Assembly (NCBI GenBank): GCA_965279525.1
Contig: CBDIIB010000003.1
Location: 544,001-608,000 of the forward strand
From: Tagaea sp.
GTDB lineage: Bacteria; Pseudomonadota; Alphaproteobacteria; CACIAM-22H2
Direction: 5' to 3'
Length of the DNA: 64,000 bases
In this document: one piece after another, positions 45,659-60,796 of the stretch
Position numbering within the stretch: position 1 is the stretch's first letter
How the letters are laid out: the number at the start of each line of letters is the position of its first letter
The notes under the pieces: model-generated
The model's input: the letters and a program-made list of their open reading frames with translations, nothing else
Told to the model about the DNA's origin: nothing
Database searches by the model: none
Made by a program: the position numbers and the translations under genes

Positions 45659-46372
45659 CTAGGCCAGGTCGAAGACCAGCACTTCGCTCTCGGGTGCGAG
45701 ACCCGTGAGCGCCAGCGCTTCGGCCTGCGACACGGCAGCCCCGTCGCCTTCCTTCAGCACGGTTCCCGCGACGTCGATGCTGCCGCGCGCGACCTGCACC
45801 CAGGCATGGCGGCCCTTGCGCAGCGTCAGCGCCGCCGACTTGCCGGCTTCGAGGATCGTCGCGTAGACCCGCGCGTCCTGGTGGATCTCGACCGAGCCTT
45901 CCGCGCCGTCCGGCGAAACGACGAGAGCAAGACGGTTGAGCTTTTCCGTCCGGTCGAAGGCACGCTGGGCATAGCGCGGCTTGTGGCCGTTGCGGTCCGG
46001 CAGCAGCCAGATCTGCAGGAAGTGGACGGGCGCATCGCCCGAGGGGTTGAACTCGGAGTGCATGATGCCGGTCCCGGCACTCATCGCCTGCACTTCGCCC
46101 GCGCGCAGCACCTCGCCGTTGCCCATCGAATCCTTGTGCTCGATGGCGCCTTCGAGAACGTACGAGACGATCTCCATGTCGCGGTGGCCGTGCGTGTCGA
46201 AGCCGGTGCCGGCGGCCACGCGGTCCTCGTTGATGACGCGCAGCGCCCGGAAGCCCATCTGGGCCGGGTCGTAATAGCTGCCGAACGAGAAGCTGTGGCG
46301 GCTCTTGAGCCAGCCGAAATCGGCAGGCCCGCGCATCTCGGAGGGGCGGACGACGATTTTCGGGGCGGTCAT
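45659..46372 (-). CDS. Pirin family protein (YhhW-like)
   Basis: SRHSFSFGSYYDP, LRVINED, HGHRDMEI, HKDSMGN, MSAGTGIMHSE, FLQIW. Confidence 0.93.
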   Translation of the reverse strand: MTAPKIVVRPSEMRGPADFGWLKSRHSFSFGSYYDPAQMGFRALRVINEDRVAAGTGFDTHGHRDMEIVSYVLEGAIEHKDSMGNGEVLRAGEVQAMSAGTGIMHSEFNPSGDAPVHFLQIWLLPDRNGHKPRYAQRAFDRTEKLNRLALVVSPDGAEGSVEIHQDARVYATILEAGKSAALTLRKGRHAWVQVARGSIDVAGTVLKEGDGAAVSQAEALALTGLAPESEVLVFDLA

Positions 46373-46458
46373 GGCGAGGTGTCCTTTCGGTTGGGGGATC
46401 TGATGACCGAAAAATAGGGTTGCCCGCATAGAACAACAATATACGCAATATCGTATTT

Positions 46459-46480
46459 ATTGTTCGATAATGAGAAACAA
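46459..46480. promoter_or_regulatory. LysR-type operator upstream of pirin
   Basis: ATTGTTCGATAATGAGAAACAA (GTT-N11-AAC); 19/22 identical to the site at 57140-57161. Confidence 0.65.
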
Positions 46481-46566
46481 ATACCCAAAGGCCCTGTGCT
46501 GGATTTCCCGGGCGGTTCGCGATAGAACCCTGCTCCCTCCGTCGTCCCGAGAAAAGCCCGTCCGCC

Positions 46567-46896
46567 ATGGCAACCGTTATCACCGTCATCCACCTCCTCG
46601 TCGCCCTCGCTCTCGTCGGCGTCGTGCTGATCCAGCGCAGCGAAGGCGGCGGGCTCGGCATGGGCGGCAGCTCGAGCGGCGGCATGGGCGGCTTCATGAC
46701 CGCGCGCGGCACGGCCAACCTGCTTACCCGGGCGACGGCCATCCTGGCGGCCGCCTTCATGGTGACGAGCATCACGCTGGCCATCCTCGCCGGCGGCCAC
46801 ACCACCCGCGCCGTCGACCCGCTCGCCGGGCCGATGCCCACGCTCCCGGCCGTGCCCGAAGCGCCGGCCGCACCGGCACCGCCGGTCGCGCGCTAG
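46567..46896 (+). CDS. secG: Preprotein translocase subunit SecG
   Basis: LIQRSEGGGLG, RGTANLLTRATAILA; two TM helices. Confidence 0.95.
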   Translation: MATVITVIHLLVALALVGVVLIQRSEGGGLGMGGSSSGGMGGFMTARGTANLLTRATAILAAAFMVTSITLAILAGGHTTRAVDPLAGPMPTLPAVPEAPAAPAPPVAR

Positions 46897-46992
46897 AAAA
46901 ACGCGTCCGACTCGGGGTTTATCCCGAAGTCGCGTCAATCCCGAAATTTCGTTCCGATTTGCGACCCGCGTGACGGTTCCGCTTGGGCGTAG

Positions 46993-48648
<1,656 letters not shown>

Positions 48649-48658
48649 GATCGGGTCC

Positions 48659-49498
48659 ATGACCCAGCCCAAGACTGTCCCGCTCGGCAATTTCGAGATT
48701 GCCAACAACAAGCCCTTCGCGCTGATCGCGGGGCCTTGCGCGCTGGAAAGCCGCGCGCATGCGATGGAGATGAGCCACGCGCTCGTCGAGCTGACGGGCA
48801 AGCTCGGTATCCCGCTCATCTACAAGACGAGCTTCGACAAGGCGAACCGCTCGTCCGTCGCGTCCGACCGTGGCATCGGCATGGAGAAGAGCCTGCCGAT
48901 CCTCGCCGACATCCGCGAGAAATACGGCTGCCCGGTACTGACCGACGTGCACGATGCCTTGCAGTGCGCGCCCGTCGCCGAAGCGGTCGACGTGCTCCAG
49001 ATTCCGGCGTTCCTATGCCGGCAGACCGACCTGCTGCTTGCCGCCGGTGCCACGGGCCGTGCCATCAACGTCAAGAAGGGCCAGTTCCTCGCACCCTGGG
49101 ACATGAAGCACGTCGTCGCGAAGATCGCGAGCACGGGCAACGAGAAGATCCTGCAGTGCGAGCGCGGCGTGACGTTCGGCTACAACACGCTGGTGTCCGA
49201 CATGCGGTCGCTGCCGATCATGGCGGAGAACGGCTATCCCGTCGTGTTCGACGCCACGCATTCGGTCCAGCAGCCGGGCGGGCAGGGGACTACATCGGGC
49301 GGCCAGCGCGAGTTCGTGCCCGTGCTGGCGCGTGCGGCCATCGCCATCGGTGTCGCCGTCGTGTTCATGGAAACGCACCAGGACCCGGACAAGGCGCCGT
49401 CCGACGGGCCGAACATGGTGCCGTTCAAGCAGCTTGGCGCCATCCTTTCGGAACTCAAGGAATACGACGCGATCGCCAAGCGGCGCGCGAACGCCTAG
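48659..49498 (+). CDS. kdsA: KDO 8-phosphate synthase
   Basis: [36 protein letters not shown]. Confidence 0.97.
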   Translation: MTQPKTVPLGNFEIANNKPFALIAGPCALESRAHAMEMSHALVELTGKLGIPLIYKTSFDKANRSSVASDRGIGMEKSLPILADIREKYGCPVLTDVHDALQCAPVAEAVDVLQIPAFLCRQTDLLLAAGATGRAINVKKGQFLAPWDMKHVVAKIASTGNEKILQCERGVTFGYNTLVSDMRSLPIMAENGYPVVFDATHSVQQPGGQGTTSGGQREFVPVLARAAIAIGVAVVFMETHQDPDKAPSDGPNMVPFKQLGAILSELKEYDAIAKRRANA

Positions 49499-49740
49499 CG
49501 TTTCTTTTTCAGCATCGCCTTGAATTTCCGGTCGCGTTTCAGCGCCCGCTCGCGCTTCAGCGCTTCGCTCACGCTGTCGAACGCCTCGACATGGACGAGC
49601 TTCCACGGGCCCCGCCCGCGCGTGAACTTCGCCCCGCCCGGCTTCTCGCCGTTGTGCTGCGCCAGACGCCGTTCGACGTCGGTCGTCTGGCCGGTATAGA
49701 CCGTGCCGCTTGCGTTCAGGATCGCGTAGACGAAGCGCAT
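49495..49740 (-). CDS. GIY-YIG nuclease family protein (UPF0213/YhbQ-like)
   Basis: FVY...[14 protein letters not shown]...[11 protein letters not shown]...ALKRE. Confidence 0.88.
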   Translation of the reverse strand: MRFVYAILNASGTVYTGQTTDVERRLAQHNGEKPGGAKFTRGRGPWKLVHVEAFDSVSEALKRERALKRDRKFKAMLKKKR

Positions 49741-49785
49741 GCCGTCATACTAACGTCGTCCCCAACGAAAATAGGGGAGAGAAAC

Positions 49786-50492
49786 ATGGCCGAAGCCTTC
49801 ACCGCGCGCGATCTTGCCAAGCTCGCGGATTACGACACGCCGACGATGTGCAACGCGCTGGAAGTGCTCGATCCGCGCTGGCGCACGTCCGGTTTCACGA
49901 CGCGCCCGATGTATTGCCGCTATCCCGATCAGAAGCCGATCGTGGGTTATGCGCGCACGGTGCGCATCGCGTCGACCGAGCCCAACAAGCTGCAGGGGCA
50001 GGCCGCCAAGAAGGCGAAGCTCGAATATTACCAGTACATCGAGACCGGCGGCCCGCGTCCGTCGGTGTGCGTGCTGCAGGATCTCGACGGCGACCGTGCG
50101 GGCTTCGGCGCCTATTGGGGCGAGGTGCAGTCGAACATCCACAAGGGTCTGGGCTGCCTTGGCTGCGTGACCGACGGATCGATCCGCGACACGCATGTCT
50201 GGGCCGACGGCTTCCAGGCGCTGTCGGGTTCGGTCGTGCCGGCGCATGCGTGGGTCCACGCCGTCGATTTCGGCGGCGAAGCCAGCGTCTTCGGCATGCG
50301 CGTCAAGTCGGGCGACATCATCCATGCCGACCGCCACGGTGCCGTGATCGTGCCGCCGGAAACGGTCAAGGCGCTGCCGGCGATGATCGACAAGCTGGTG
50401 CGCCGCGAGATGGTGATCATCGGTGCGGCGAAGAAGAAGGGCTTCACGGCTTCCAAGCTCGCCAAGGCGATCGCCGAGTCCGAGGATATCCA

Positions 50493-50496
<4 letters not shown>
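49786..50496 (+). CDS. RraA/HMG-aldolase family protein
   Basis: DTPTMCNALE, WGEV, VTDGSIRD, GDIIHADRHG. Confidence 0.85.
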
Positions 50497-53371
<2,875 letters not shown>

Positions 53372-53383
53372 CTTGAAAAAAGT

Positions 53384-53461
53384 GAATCGTTTGAATCGCT
53401 TGCGGGGAACTCGTTAACGAGCAGTTGACGGCCCGAGTCGCGGCGTGATTCTCTTCGAGTC
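53384..53461 (+). promoter_or_regulatory. ftsB promoter region: five GANTC sites and a CtrA-like box
   Basis: GANTC at 53384, 53393, 53435, 53447 and 53457; TTAA-N7-TTGAC at 53414-53429. Confidence 0.65.
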
Positions 53462-53464
53462 GCG

Positions 53465-53791
53465 ATGTCATTTCTCCTGTTGATTCAACGCAGTGCGCGC
53501 GCCGCTCTGGGTCCGGTCCTGGGCTTCTGCGTCGTCGGCTATTTTGCCTACCACTCGTTCGAGGGCGAGCGGGGGCTCTATGCCTATCTGCGCCTGACCG
53601 AACAGGTACGTATCGCGCGCGAGCATCGCGACGACATTCGCGCGGACCGCATCACGCTCGAGCGGCGGGTCGCGTTGCTGCGCACGGACTCGCTCGACCG
53701 CGATATGCTCGACGAGCAATCGCGAGCTCTCCTCAATTATGCGCGGCCCGACGAAGTCATCATCCTTGAAGCGCCCGGCAACCGCCGGTAA
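53465..53791 (+). CDS. ftsB: Septum formation initiator FtsB/DivIC
   Basis: One TM helix, YFAYH..GERG, coiled coil, LDRDMLDE, RPDEVII; follows eno. Confidence 0.88.
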   Translation: MSFLLLIQRSARAALGPVLGFCVVGYFAYHSFEGERGLYAYLRLTEQVRIAREHRDDIRADRITLERRVALLRTDSLDRDMLDEQSRALLNYARPDEVIILEAPGNRR

Positions 53792-53922
53792 TTAAAATTT
53801 TCGATAATTGCTCGCCCGACGCGCCGCTATCGTCGGTGAAGGTTCCGCACTACAATTTCAAGTGATGTGTAAAATTTGGCTAAATACGTCGCGACTCACG
53901 CGACAAGGCGCCGTCGCGGGCA

Positions 53923-55647
53923 ATGCCTGAAACGGACGCTCCGCGGGACACCGGTCTGCGTCGCATGGCCATTCCAAGTGGCGTCGTGCTTGCCATCGGC
54001 CTTCTTCTGCTCGTCGTATTCGCAATGACGACGATCCAGTTCGACAAGCGTCGCGTTCTCGATGCCGCGACGACGCGCGCCGCGGCACTTACGGAAATCG
54101 CAGCAGCACATGTCGAACAGGTCCTGTTGACGATCGATTTCAGCATCCGGGCACTCGACAGCGACCTGCGTTCGCCCGACAGCGTCGAACTCGCGGACCC
54201 TTCGGTTCTCCGCCAGCGGATGCGCCTGATCCAGGCGGGATCGCGCGCACTACTCGGCATCGGCTTTATCGACGAGAAAGGAACACTCGTCGCCGGCTCG
54301 GCGCCGCAGGTTTCAGGGCCAGTGGATCTCAGCGAACGGCCGTTTTTCCGGACGCTCCGGTGGGGTACTTCGCGCGACACCGTGATCAGCCCCCCATCCA
54401 GGGCATCGACAACCGGCGAAATCACCGTGCCGGTCTCGCGGGCGATCCGGGACGCAGAGGGCAACTTCATCGGAGTTGTCTCGGGCCGTCTCGACCCGAC
54501 CTATTTCCAGCACTTTTTCCGCTCGCTCGGTGCGGATGCGGTCGCGATCGCCCTGCTCGACGGGACGATCATCGCGCATCAACCGGAGATCGGCCTGCTG
54601 TCGGCGCCAAAGCTGTCTATTCCGGAAATGGGGACGAGAATCGGAGCATTGCGCGCCCCGTCGTTCGCCCGGTCGTCGGTCGACGGCGTCGAGCGTCTGG
54701 TCGCCACGCACCGTATCGCCATCATCCCTGTCGTCGTCGAAGTCGCGTTCGACCGCAACCGGCTGCTTGCCGAATGGGCGGGCCGGCGCAATGCCATTGT
54801 CGGGGCAACGGTCGTCATCGCGATCCTCGGTGCAGCACTCGTCGAACTTGCGCGGCGGCGCACGCGCGATTTTTCGGCGAAACTGCGCGCTGAAGCACAG
54901 ACGGCTGTGGAGGCCGAGACCCGCGAGGCGGCCGTCGAGGCAAGCCGGCGCAAGTCGGAATTCCTTGCCCACATGAGCCACGAGATCCGGACGCCTCTCA
55001 ACGCAATCATCGGCTTCTCGCAGATGATCAGCGGGCAGATGCTGGGGCCGGTCGGGCAGCCGCGCTATCGCGACTATGCGGCCGACATCCTGTACAGCGC
55101 CGAACATCTGCTTTCTGTCGTCAACAACGTCCTCGACCTGTCGAAGGTGGAGGCCGGAAAGTGGATCATCGACGCCGCCGACGTGCCGGTCGGCGAACTG
55201 CTCGAGGCGACGTGCCGTCTGGCGGAAGGGCGCGCGGCGCACGAGAAGGTCCGCATCGACCTGCGCCCGGCGCCTAGCCTGGTGATATTCGGCGACCGGC
55301 GCACGCTCGTGCAGATCCTGCTAAACCTCACCATCAACGCGATCAAGTTCGCCGGCGACGACCGCAGCGTGACCGTCGCATGCGTGTCGACCGCGGACGG
55401 CGGCGTGGACTTCACCGTCGCCGACCGCGGGATCGGCATGACGCCGGAGGACATATCGCGCGCGTTGCGCCCGTTCGAGACCGCTTCAAGCGTCCAGGCG
55501 CGCCGGCGCCAGGACACGGGCCTCGGCTTGCCGCTGGCGCGGGTGTTCGCCGAACTGCACGATGGCAGCCTGACGCTCGAAAGCGCCCCCGAGCGCGGCA
55601 CGACCGCGCGGCTCCATCTTCCGGCCGCGCGGGTGCGTCCGCTCTAG
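53923..55647 (+). CDS. Membrane sensor histidine kinase (Cache-like), PleC/DivJ-like
   Basis: Two TM helices, FLAHMSHEIRTPLNAIIGFSQ, LDLSKVEAG, NAIKF, DRGIG, TGLGL; start may be 53965. Confidence 0.88.
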   Translation: MPETDAPRDTGLRRMAIPSGVVLAIGLLLLVVFAMTTIQFDKRRVLDAATTRAAALTEIAAAHVEQVLLTIDFSIRALDSDLRSPDSVELADPSVLRQRMRLIQAGSRALLGIGFIDEKGTLVAGSAPQVSGPVDLSERPFFRTLRWGTSRDTVISPPSRASTTGEITVPVSRAIRDAEGNFIGVVSGRLDPTYFQHFFRSLGADAVAIALLDGTIIAHQPEIGLLSAPKLSIPEMGTRIGALRAPSFARSSVDGVERLVATHRIAIIPVVVEVAFDRNRLLAEWAGRRNAIVGATVVIAILGAALVELARRRTRDFSAKLRAEAQTAVEAETREAAVEASRRKSEFLAHMSHEIRTPLNAIIGFSQMISGQMLGPVGQPRYRDYAADILYSAEHLLSVVNNVLDLSKVEAGKWIIDAADVPVGELLEATCRLAEGRAAHEKVRIDLRPAPSLVIFGDRRTLVQILLNLTINAIKFAGDDRSVTVACVSTADGGVDFTVADRGIGMTPEDISRALRPFETASSVQARRRQDTGLGLPLARVFAELHDGSLTLESAPERGTTARLHLPAARVRPL

Positions 55648-56489
55648 ACGTCGGCGATGGTGCGCTGGGTCTGCACCCCGAGGCCCTGGATGCCGAGCTT
55701 CATCGTCTGCCCGGCCTTCAGGAACAGCGGCGGCTTCTGGCCCAACCCTACGCCCGGCGGCGTGCCGGTCGAGATCACGTCGCCCGGATGCAGCGTGAAG
55801 AACTGCGAGAGATACGCGATCAGGAACTTGACGCCGTAGACCATCGTCTTCGTGCTGCCGTCCTGGTAGCGCTTGCCGTCGACCTCGAGCCACATCGAAA
55901 GGTTCTGCGGGTCCGGCACCTCGTCCTTGGTGACGAGCCACGGGCCGGTGGGGCCGAACGTGTCGCAGCCCTTGCCCTTCGACCACTGGCCGGCGCGTTC
56001 GATCTGGAATTCGCGCTCCGACACGTCGTTGATGACGCAGTAGCCCGCGACATGGTCGAGGGCGTTCTTCTCGTCGACATACTTGGCGGCCTTGCCGATG
56101 ACAACGCCGAGCTCGACTTCCCAGTCCGTCTTGACCGACTTGCGCGGGATGATGACCGCGTCGTCCGGTCCGACGACGGCGCTGGTCGCCTTCATGAACA
56201 GGACGGGCTCGGGCGGCACCGTGGCGCCAGTCTCGGCGGCATGGTCGGAATAATTGAGGCCGATGCAGATGAACTTGCCGATACCCGAAACGCAGGGTCC
56301 GATGCGCGGCGTGCCCGCGACGAGCGGCAGCGTGGCCGGGTCGATCTTGGCAAGTCGCGCGAGACCCTCGGGCGAGATCGTGGCGCCGGCGATGTCGTGA
56401 CAGACCTGCGACAGGTCGCGGATCTTGCCCTGGGCATCGAGGATGCCGGGCTTCTCGTGGCCCGGCGGGCCGTAACGCAGCAGTTTCAT
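55644..56489 (-). CDS. Fumarylacetoacetate hydrolase family protein
   Basis: CIGLNYSDHA, DWEVELGVVIG, NDVSER, KGKG, PGDVISTGTPPGVG. Confidence 0.92.
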   Translation of the reverse strand: MKLLRYGPPGHEKPGILDAQGKIRDLSQVCHDIAGATISPEGLARLAKIDPATLPLVAGTPRIGPCVSGIGKFICIGLNYSDHAAETGATVPPEPVLFMKATSAVVGPDDAVIIPRKSVKTDWEVELGVVIGKAAKYVDEKNALDHVAGYCVINDVSEREFQIERAGQWSKGKGCDTFGPTGPWLVTKDEVPDPQNLSMWLEVDGKRYQDGSTKTMVYGVKFLIAYLSQFFTLHPGDVISTGTPPGVGLGQKPPLFLKAGQTMKLGIQGLGVQTQRTIADV

Positions 56490-56546
56490 CGTGGGAGTCT
56501 CCCGCTTGGTGTTTTTGTCAGCGGGGTGAACTTAGCATTCCGAGTG

Positions 56547-56587
56547 CAAAAAATGGAAACGGCCGGCGCATCGAATGCGCCGGCCGT
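56547..56587 (-). terminator. Rho-independent terminator downstream of doxX
   Basis: 13-bp stem ACGGCCGGCGCAT / ATGCGCCGGCCGT with a 3-nt loop, followed on the minus strand by TTCCATTTTTT. Confidence 0.7.
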
Positions 56588-56602
56588 CCGATATGCGGTC
56601 GA

Positions 56603-57034
56603 TCAGGCGGCGGCCGACTTCGGCGCACCGATCTCCGGCAGGAAGGGCAGCTTCAGCGCGTAGGAACCCGCACCGAGAAGTGCCTGCACCGCGAGCGTCA
56701 CCGTCCAGAAAGCCGGGAATTCCCAGCCGCCGTTCGGGTTTCCGAACATCCAGCCGTTCGGCAGGTGCTGGATGGTGGCGCCGATCAGGATCGGGATCAG
56801 GCCGACCGCGACGAGCCGGACCTGCACGCCGAGGATCAGTGCCAGGCCGCCGAAGAGTTCGGCATAGACGGTGAGATACGCGAACAGGGCGGGATAGCCG
56901 ATCGATTCGAAGAACTGCACCGTACCGGGCATCGTGAAGACGAAAAGCTTGAGGCCGGCGTGGGCAAGGAACAAGGCGCCCAGCGACACGCGAAGCAGCA
57001 AGGCGGCGGTCTGGATCTGGTTGGTGGCGGACAT
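56603..57034 (-). CDS. DoxX family membrane protein
   Basis: LLRVSLGALFLAH, AELFGG, NGW, GGWEFP, LLGAG. Confidence 0.9.
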   Translation of the reverse strand: MSATNQIQTAALLLRVSLGALFLAHAGLKLFVFTMPGTVQFFESIGYPALFAYLTVYAELFGGLALILGVQVRLVAVGLIPILIGATIQHLPNGWMFGNPNGGWEFPAFWTVTLAVQALLGAGSYALKLPFLPEIGAPKSAAA

Positions 57035-57139
57035 TTTCGGACTCCGGAGTTTCGGGTCGGGCGGGGGAATTCCCGCGTCGAAGACATCCGGAAGATGAGG
57101 CATCTCGAGGAAATTGATAATCTGGATAGTTATGAAATA

Positions 57140-57161
57140 ATTGTTCGTTAATCAGAAACTA
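57140..57161. promoter_or_regulatory. LysR-type operator upstream of doxX, overlapping the lysR stop codon
   Basis: ATTGTTCGTTAATCAGAAACTA (GTT-N11-AAC); near-identical copy upstream of pirin. Confidence 0.65.
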
Positions 57162-58103
57162 TCGGCGACGCGCGGATTTCGCGCGTCCGGCATTTTCCCA
57201 CGCGTCCCACGACGGTTCGGCGAAGCGCTTGGTCAGGAAATCGACGAAGCGGCGGACCTTGGCCGACAGGTGGCGGGTTGGCGGATAGACGGCGGAAATG
57301 GCGATCTCTTCGGGACGCCAGTCGCCGCCAAACAGCGGCACGAGCTTGCCGGCGGCCAGAACGGGACCGATCAGGAATGTCGGAAGCGAAACCACGCCGC
57401 GCCCGGCGATTGCAGCGGCCAGAAGGACTTCGCCGTTGTTGGCCTTGAGCGGCCCAGCCGCGCGCACGACGCGCGTCTCGCCGCCGGGGCCGACGAACGC
57501 CCAGTCCGAGCCGCGGCTGGACAGCGTGTATTCGAGGCAGTCGTGCTTGACGAGGTCCTCGGGCAGTTTGGGCGTGCCCTTTCGCGCGAGATAGGCAGGC
57601 GACGCGGCGACGGCAAAGCGCGCGGTCGCCAGCCGCTTGGCGACCAGCGAGGAGTCCGCAAGCCTGCCGATGCGCACCGCTACGTCCACGCCCTCGTCGA
57701 TCAGGTCGACGACACGGTCGTTGAGCGAAAGGTCGATCGCCATCTCCGGGCACTCGCACATGAAGTCGGCGATCGCCGGCGACAGGTGCTGCACGCCGAA
57801 CGACATCGGAGCCGCGACGCGCAGCAGGCCCTTGGGCAGCGCCTGCGCATCGCCGACGGCACCTTCGGCTTCTTCCAGATCGGCAAGGATGCGTTCGGCG
57901 CGCGCGTGGAAGGCGCGACCGGCTTCGGTCAACGCCAGGCGGCGCGTGGTGCGGTTGAGCAGGCGGGCCCCCAGCCGCTCCTCGAGCGTCTGGATATGCT
58001 TGGTCGCCATTGCGCGCGATAGGCCCAGCTTGCGCGCGGCATTGGCGAAGGATCCGCCGTTGACGACGGCGACGAACGTGCGGAGGGAAACGAACCGGTC
58101 CAT
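57159..58103 (-). CDS. LysR-family regulator (CrgA/DmlR-like)
   Basis: [50 protein letters not shown]. Confidence 0.93.
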   Translation of the reverse strand: MDRFVSLRTFVAVVNGGSFANAARKLGLSRAMATKHIQTLEERLGARLLNRTTRRLALTEAGRAFHARAERILADLEEAEGAVGDAQALPKGLLRVAAPMSFGVQHLSPAIADFMCECPEMAIDLSLNDRVVDLIDEGVDVAVRIGRLADSSLVAKRLATARFAVAASPAYLARKGTPKLPEDLVKHDCLEYTLSSRGSDWAFVGPGGETRVVRAAGPLKANNGEVLLAAAIAGRGVVSLPTFLIGPVLAAGKLVPLFGGDWRPEEIAISAVYPPTRHLSAKVRRFVDFLTKRFAEPSWDAWENAGRAKSARRR

Positions 58104-58241
58104 GGTCCGGCGAGTGTAGCGGCCCGAGCGAGCTTTTGCGTTTGCGAAGACGGTCCCGCGCGGATTCAAATGCAGCAGGACCGGGCATGCACCGCCGGAA
58201 TGCGGAAATTGCTATACGAAATAATGTTGCGTTGCGATAGA

Positions 58242-58284
58242 TTAACTGAAAATCAGTTAAAACAAATTTTTATGTTATATAACA
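58242..58284. promoter_or_regulatory. Two palindromes in the AT-rich lysR/pdhA divergent intergenic region
   Basis: TTAACTGA-AAA-TCAGTTAA (58242-58260) and TGTTATATAACA (58273-58284). Confidence 0.5.
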
Positions 58285-58376
58285 ATCAAGTAAATTAGAC
58301 GCTGGATTGCAAAACTGGCCGTCCGGTGCTTTAGCTCAAGGTAATTGCGCAACCGAGCGTATCCGAGGGAGTGAAC

Positions 58377-59387
58377 ATGGCACCCACACCGCCGAAAAAG
58401 AAATCCCGCTCCGAAGAGAACGTGCCCGAAGCGGCGGACCTCCTGAAATACTATCGCGACATGCTGCTGATCCGCCGCTTCGAGGAGAAGGCGGGGCAGA
58501 TGTATGGCATGGGTCTGATCGGCGGCTTCTGCCATCTCTATATCGGCCAGGAGGCGGTCGTCGTCGGCATGCAGTCGGCGATCACGCCCAAGGACGCGGT
58601 CATCACCAGCTATCGCGACCACGGCCACATGCTCGCCTGTGGCATGGAGCCAGGCGGCGTGATGGCGGAACTGACGGGACGCATCGGCGGCTATTCCAAG
58701 GGGAAAGGCGGCTCGATGCACATGTTCTCCAAGGAAAAGAACTTCTACGGCGGCCACGGCATCGTCGGCGCGCAAGTGCCGCTCGGGACGGGCATCGCGT
58801 TCGCGTCGAAATATCGCGGCGAGACGAACGTGAGCCTCACCTACATGGGCGACGGTGCGGTCAACCAGGGCCAGGTCTACGAGAGCTTCAACATGGCGCA
58901 GCTCTGGAAGCTGCCCGTGATCTTCATCATCGAGAACAACCGCTACGGCATGGGCACGTCGATCGAGCGCGCGTCCTCGACGACCGATTTCTACCATCGC
59001 GGTGCCGCTCACGGCATTCCCGGCGAGGCGGTCGACGGCATGAACGTGCTGGCGGTGCGTGCTGCCGGCATCCGTGCGGTCGACCACGCGCGCACGAAAG
59101 GCCCCTACATCCTCGAGATGCAGACCTATCGCTATCGCGGCCACTCGATGTCCGATCCGGCGAAGTACCGCCAGAAGGAAGAGGTCGAGAAGATGCGCAC
59201 GCAGCACGACCCGATCGAGAGCCACGCGAAGTTCCTGATCGACGGCGGCTTTACCGACGAGGCGGCGCTCAAGAACATCGACCGCGAGGTGAAGGACATC
59301 GCCACCAAGGCGGCGGAATTCGCCCAGAACAGTCCCGAGCCGCCGGTGTCGGAGCTTTACACCGACGTGCTGCTCGAAGTGCGCTGA
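58377..59387 (+). CDS. pdhA: Pyruvate dehydrogenase E1 alpha
   Basis: [38 protein letters not shown]. Confidence 0.97.
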   Translation: MAPTPPKKKSRSEENVPEAADLLKYYRDMLLIRRFEEKAGQMYGMGLIGGFCHLYIGQEAVVVGMQSAITPKDAVITSYRDHGHMLACGMEPGGVMAELTGRIGGYSKGKGGSMHMFSKEKNFYGGHGIVGAQVPLGTGIAFASKYRGETNVSLTYMGDGAVNQGQVYESFNMAQLWKLPVIFIIENNRYGMGTSIERASSTTDFYHRGAAHGIPGEAVDGMNVLAVRAAGIRAVDHARTKGPYILEMQTYRYRGHSMSDPAKYRQKEEVEKMRTQHDPIESHAKFLIDGGFTDEAALKNIDREVKDIATKAAEFAQNSPEPPVSELYTDVLLEVR

Positions 59388-59412
59388 TCCAGCGGGAACG
59401 GGGAATACGAAA

Positions 59413-60774
59413 ATGCCGATCAATGTTCTGATGCCCGCCCTTTCGCCGACGATGACCGAAGGCAAGATCGCCCGCTGGCTGAAGGCCGAGGGCGACACGG
59501 TCAAGTCCGGCCAGGTGCTGTGCGAGATCGAGACTGACAAGGCGACCATGGAGGTCGAGGCGGTCGACGAAGGTACGCTTGCGAGGATCGTCGTCCCCGG
59601 CGGGACCGAGGGCGTGAAGGTCAACGCCGTCATCGCGGTCATCGCCGCCGAAGGCGAGAGCGTGTCGGCGAGTGCGGCCGCACCGGCCGCCGCCGCAGCA
59701 CCCGTTGCGGCCGCAGCCGCACCGGTCGCACCGGCCATCGTCACGTCGGCCGCAGCCGCACCGGCGGCCGACGAGCCCGACATGGGCGAGACCAAGGTCC
59801 AGACCGTCCGCGAGGCGATCCGCGACGGCATGGCCGAGGAGATGCGTCGCGACCCGAACGTCTATCTGATGGGCGAGGAAGTGGCCGAGTACCAGGGCGC
59901 CTACAAGGTCAGCCAGGGGCTGCTGCAGGAATTCGGCGCGCGCCGCGTGGTCGACACGCCGATCACCGAACAGGGTTTCGCCGGCCTCGCGGTCGGTGCC
60001 GGCTTCATGGGCCTGCGCCCCATCGTCGAGTTCATGACGTGGAACTTCTCGATGCAGGCGATCGACCAGATCATCAACTCGGCGGCCAAGACGCTCTACA
60101 TGTCGGGTGGCCAGATGGGCTGCCCGATCGTCTTCCGCGGCCCCAACGGTGCGGCGAGCCGCGTGGGTGCGCAGCACTCGCAGTGCTACGCGTCGTGGTA
60201 CGCGCACTGCCCGGGCCTCAAGGTCGTGAGCCCCTGGTCGCCGGCGGACGCCAAGGGCCTGATGAAGGCGGCGATCCGCGATCCCAACCCGGTGCTGATC
60301 CTCGAGAACGAGATCCTGTACGGCACGTCCGGCCCGGTGCCCGTGTCGGCCGACTATGTCGTGCCGATCGGCAAGGCCAAGGTCGTGCGCGCCGGCAAGG
60401 ACGTGACGATCACCGCCTTCTCGATCATGGTCGGCAAGGCGATGCAGGCGGCCGAGGAGCTGGCGAAGATCGGCATCGATGCCGAAGTCATCGACCTGCG
60501 CTCGATCCGTCCGCTCGATATCGACACGATCGTCGCGTCGGTCAAGAAGACCAACCGTCTCGTTTCCTGCGAGGAAGGCTGGCCGTTCGCCGGCATCGGA
60601 TCGGAACTCGGCATGCTGATGATGGAGCAGTGTTTCGATTGGCTCGACGCACCGGTCAAGCGCGTGCACGGCCTCGACATCCCGCTGCCCTATGCGGCCA
60701 ATCTCGAGAAGCTGGCGTTGCCGCAGACCGACCACATCGTGAGCGCGGCCAAGGCCGTGCTCTACAAGAACTGA
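59413..60774 (+). CDS. pdhB: Pyruvate dehydrogenase E1 beta with N-terminal lipoyl domain
   Basis: ETDKATME lipoyl motif, [33 protein letters not shown]. Confidence 0.97.
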   Translation: MPINVLMPALSPTMTEGKIARWLKAEGDTVKSGQVLCEIETDKATMEVEAVDEGTLARIVVPGGTEGVKVNAVIAVIAAEGESVSASAAAPAAAAAPVAAAAAPVAPAIVTSAAAAPAADEPDMGETKVQTVREAIRDGMAEEMRRDPNVYLMGEEVAEYQGAYKVSQGLLQEFGARRVVDTPITEQGFAGLAVGAGFMGLRPIVEFMTWNFSMQAIDQIINSAAKTLYMSGGQMGCPIVFRGPNGAASRVGAQHSQCYASWYAHCPGLKVVSPWSPADAKGLMKAAIRDPNPVLILENEILYGTSGPVPVSADYVVPIGKAKVVRAGKDVTITAFSIMVGKAMQAAEELAKIGIDAEVIDLRSIRPLDIDTIVASVKKTNRLVSCEEGWPFAGIGSELGMLMMEQCFDWLDAPVKRVHGLDIPLPYAANLEKLALPQTDHIVSAAKAVLYKN

Positions 60775-60796
60775 TCCGGGCGAGGGAGACAGCGAC

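Noticed and set aside
49495-49740. GIY-YIG as a homing endonuclease or mobile element
   Set aside because: Only 81 aa, UPF0213-type, with no intron, terminal repeats or DNA-binding extension
58284-58297. IHF site AATCAAGTAAATTA
   Set aside because: Spacing is one base off WATCAA-N4-TTR and such matches are expected in AT-rich DNA
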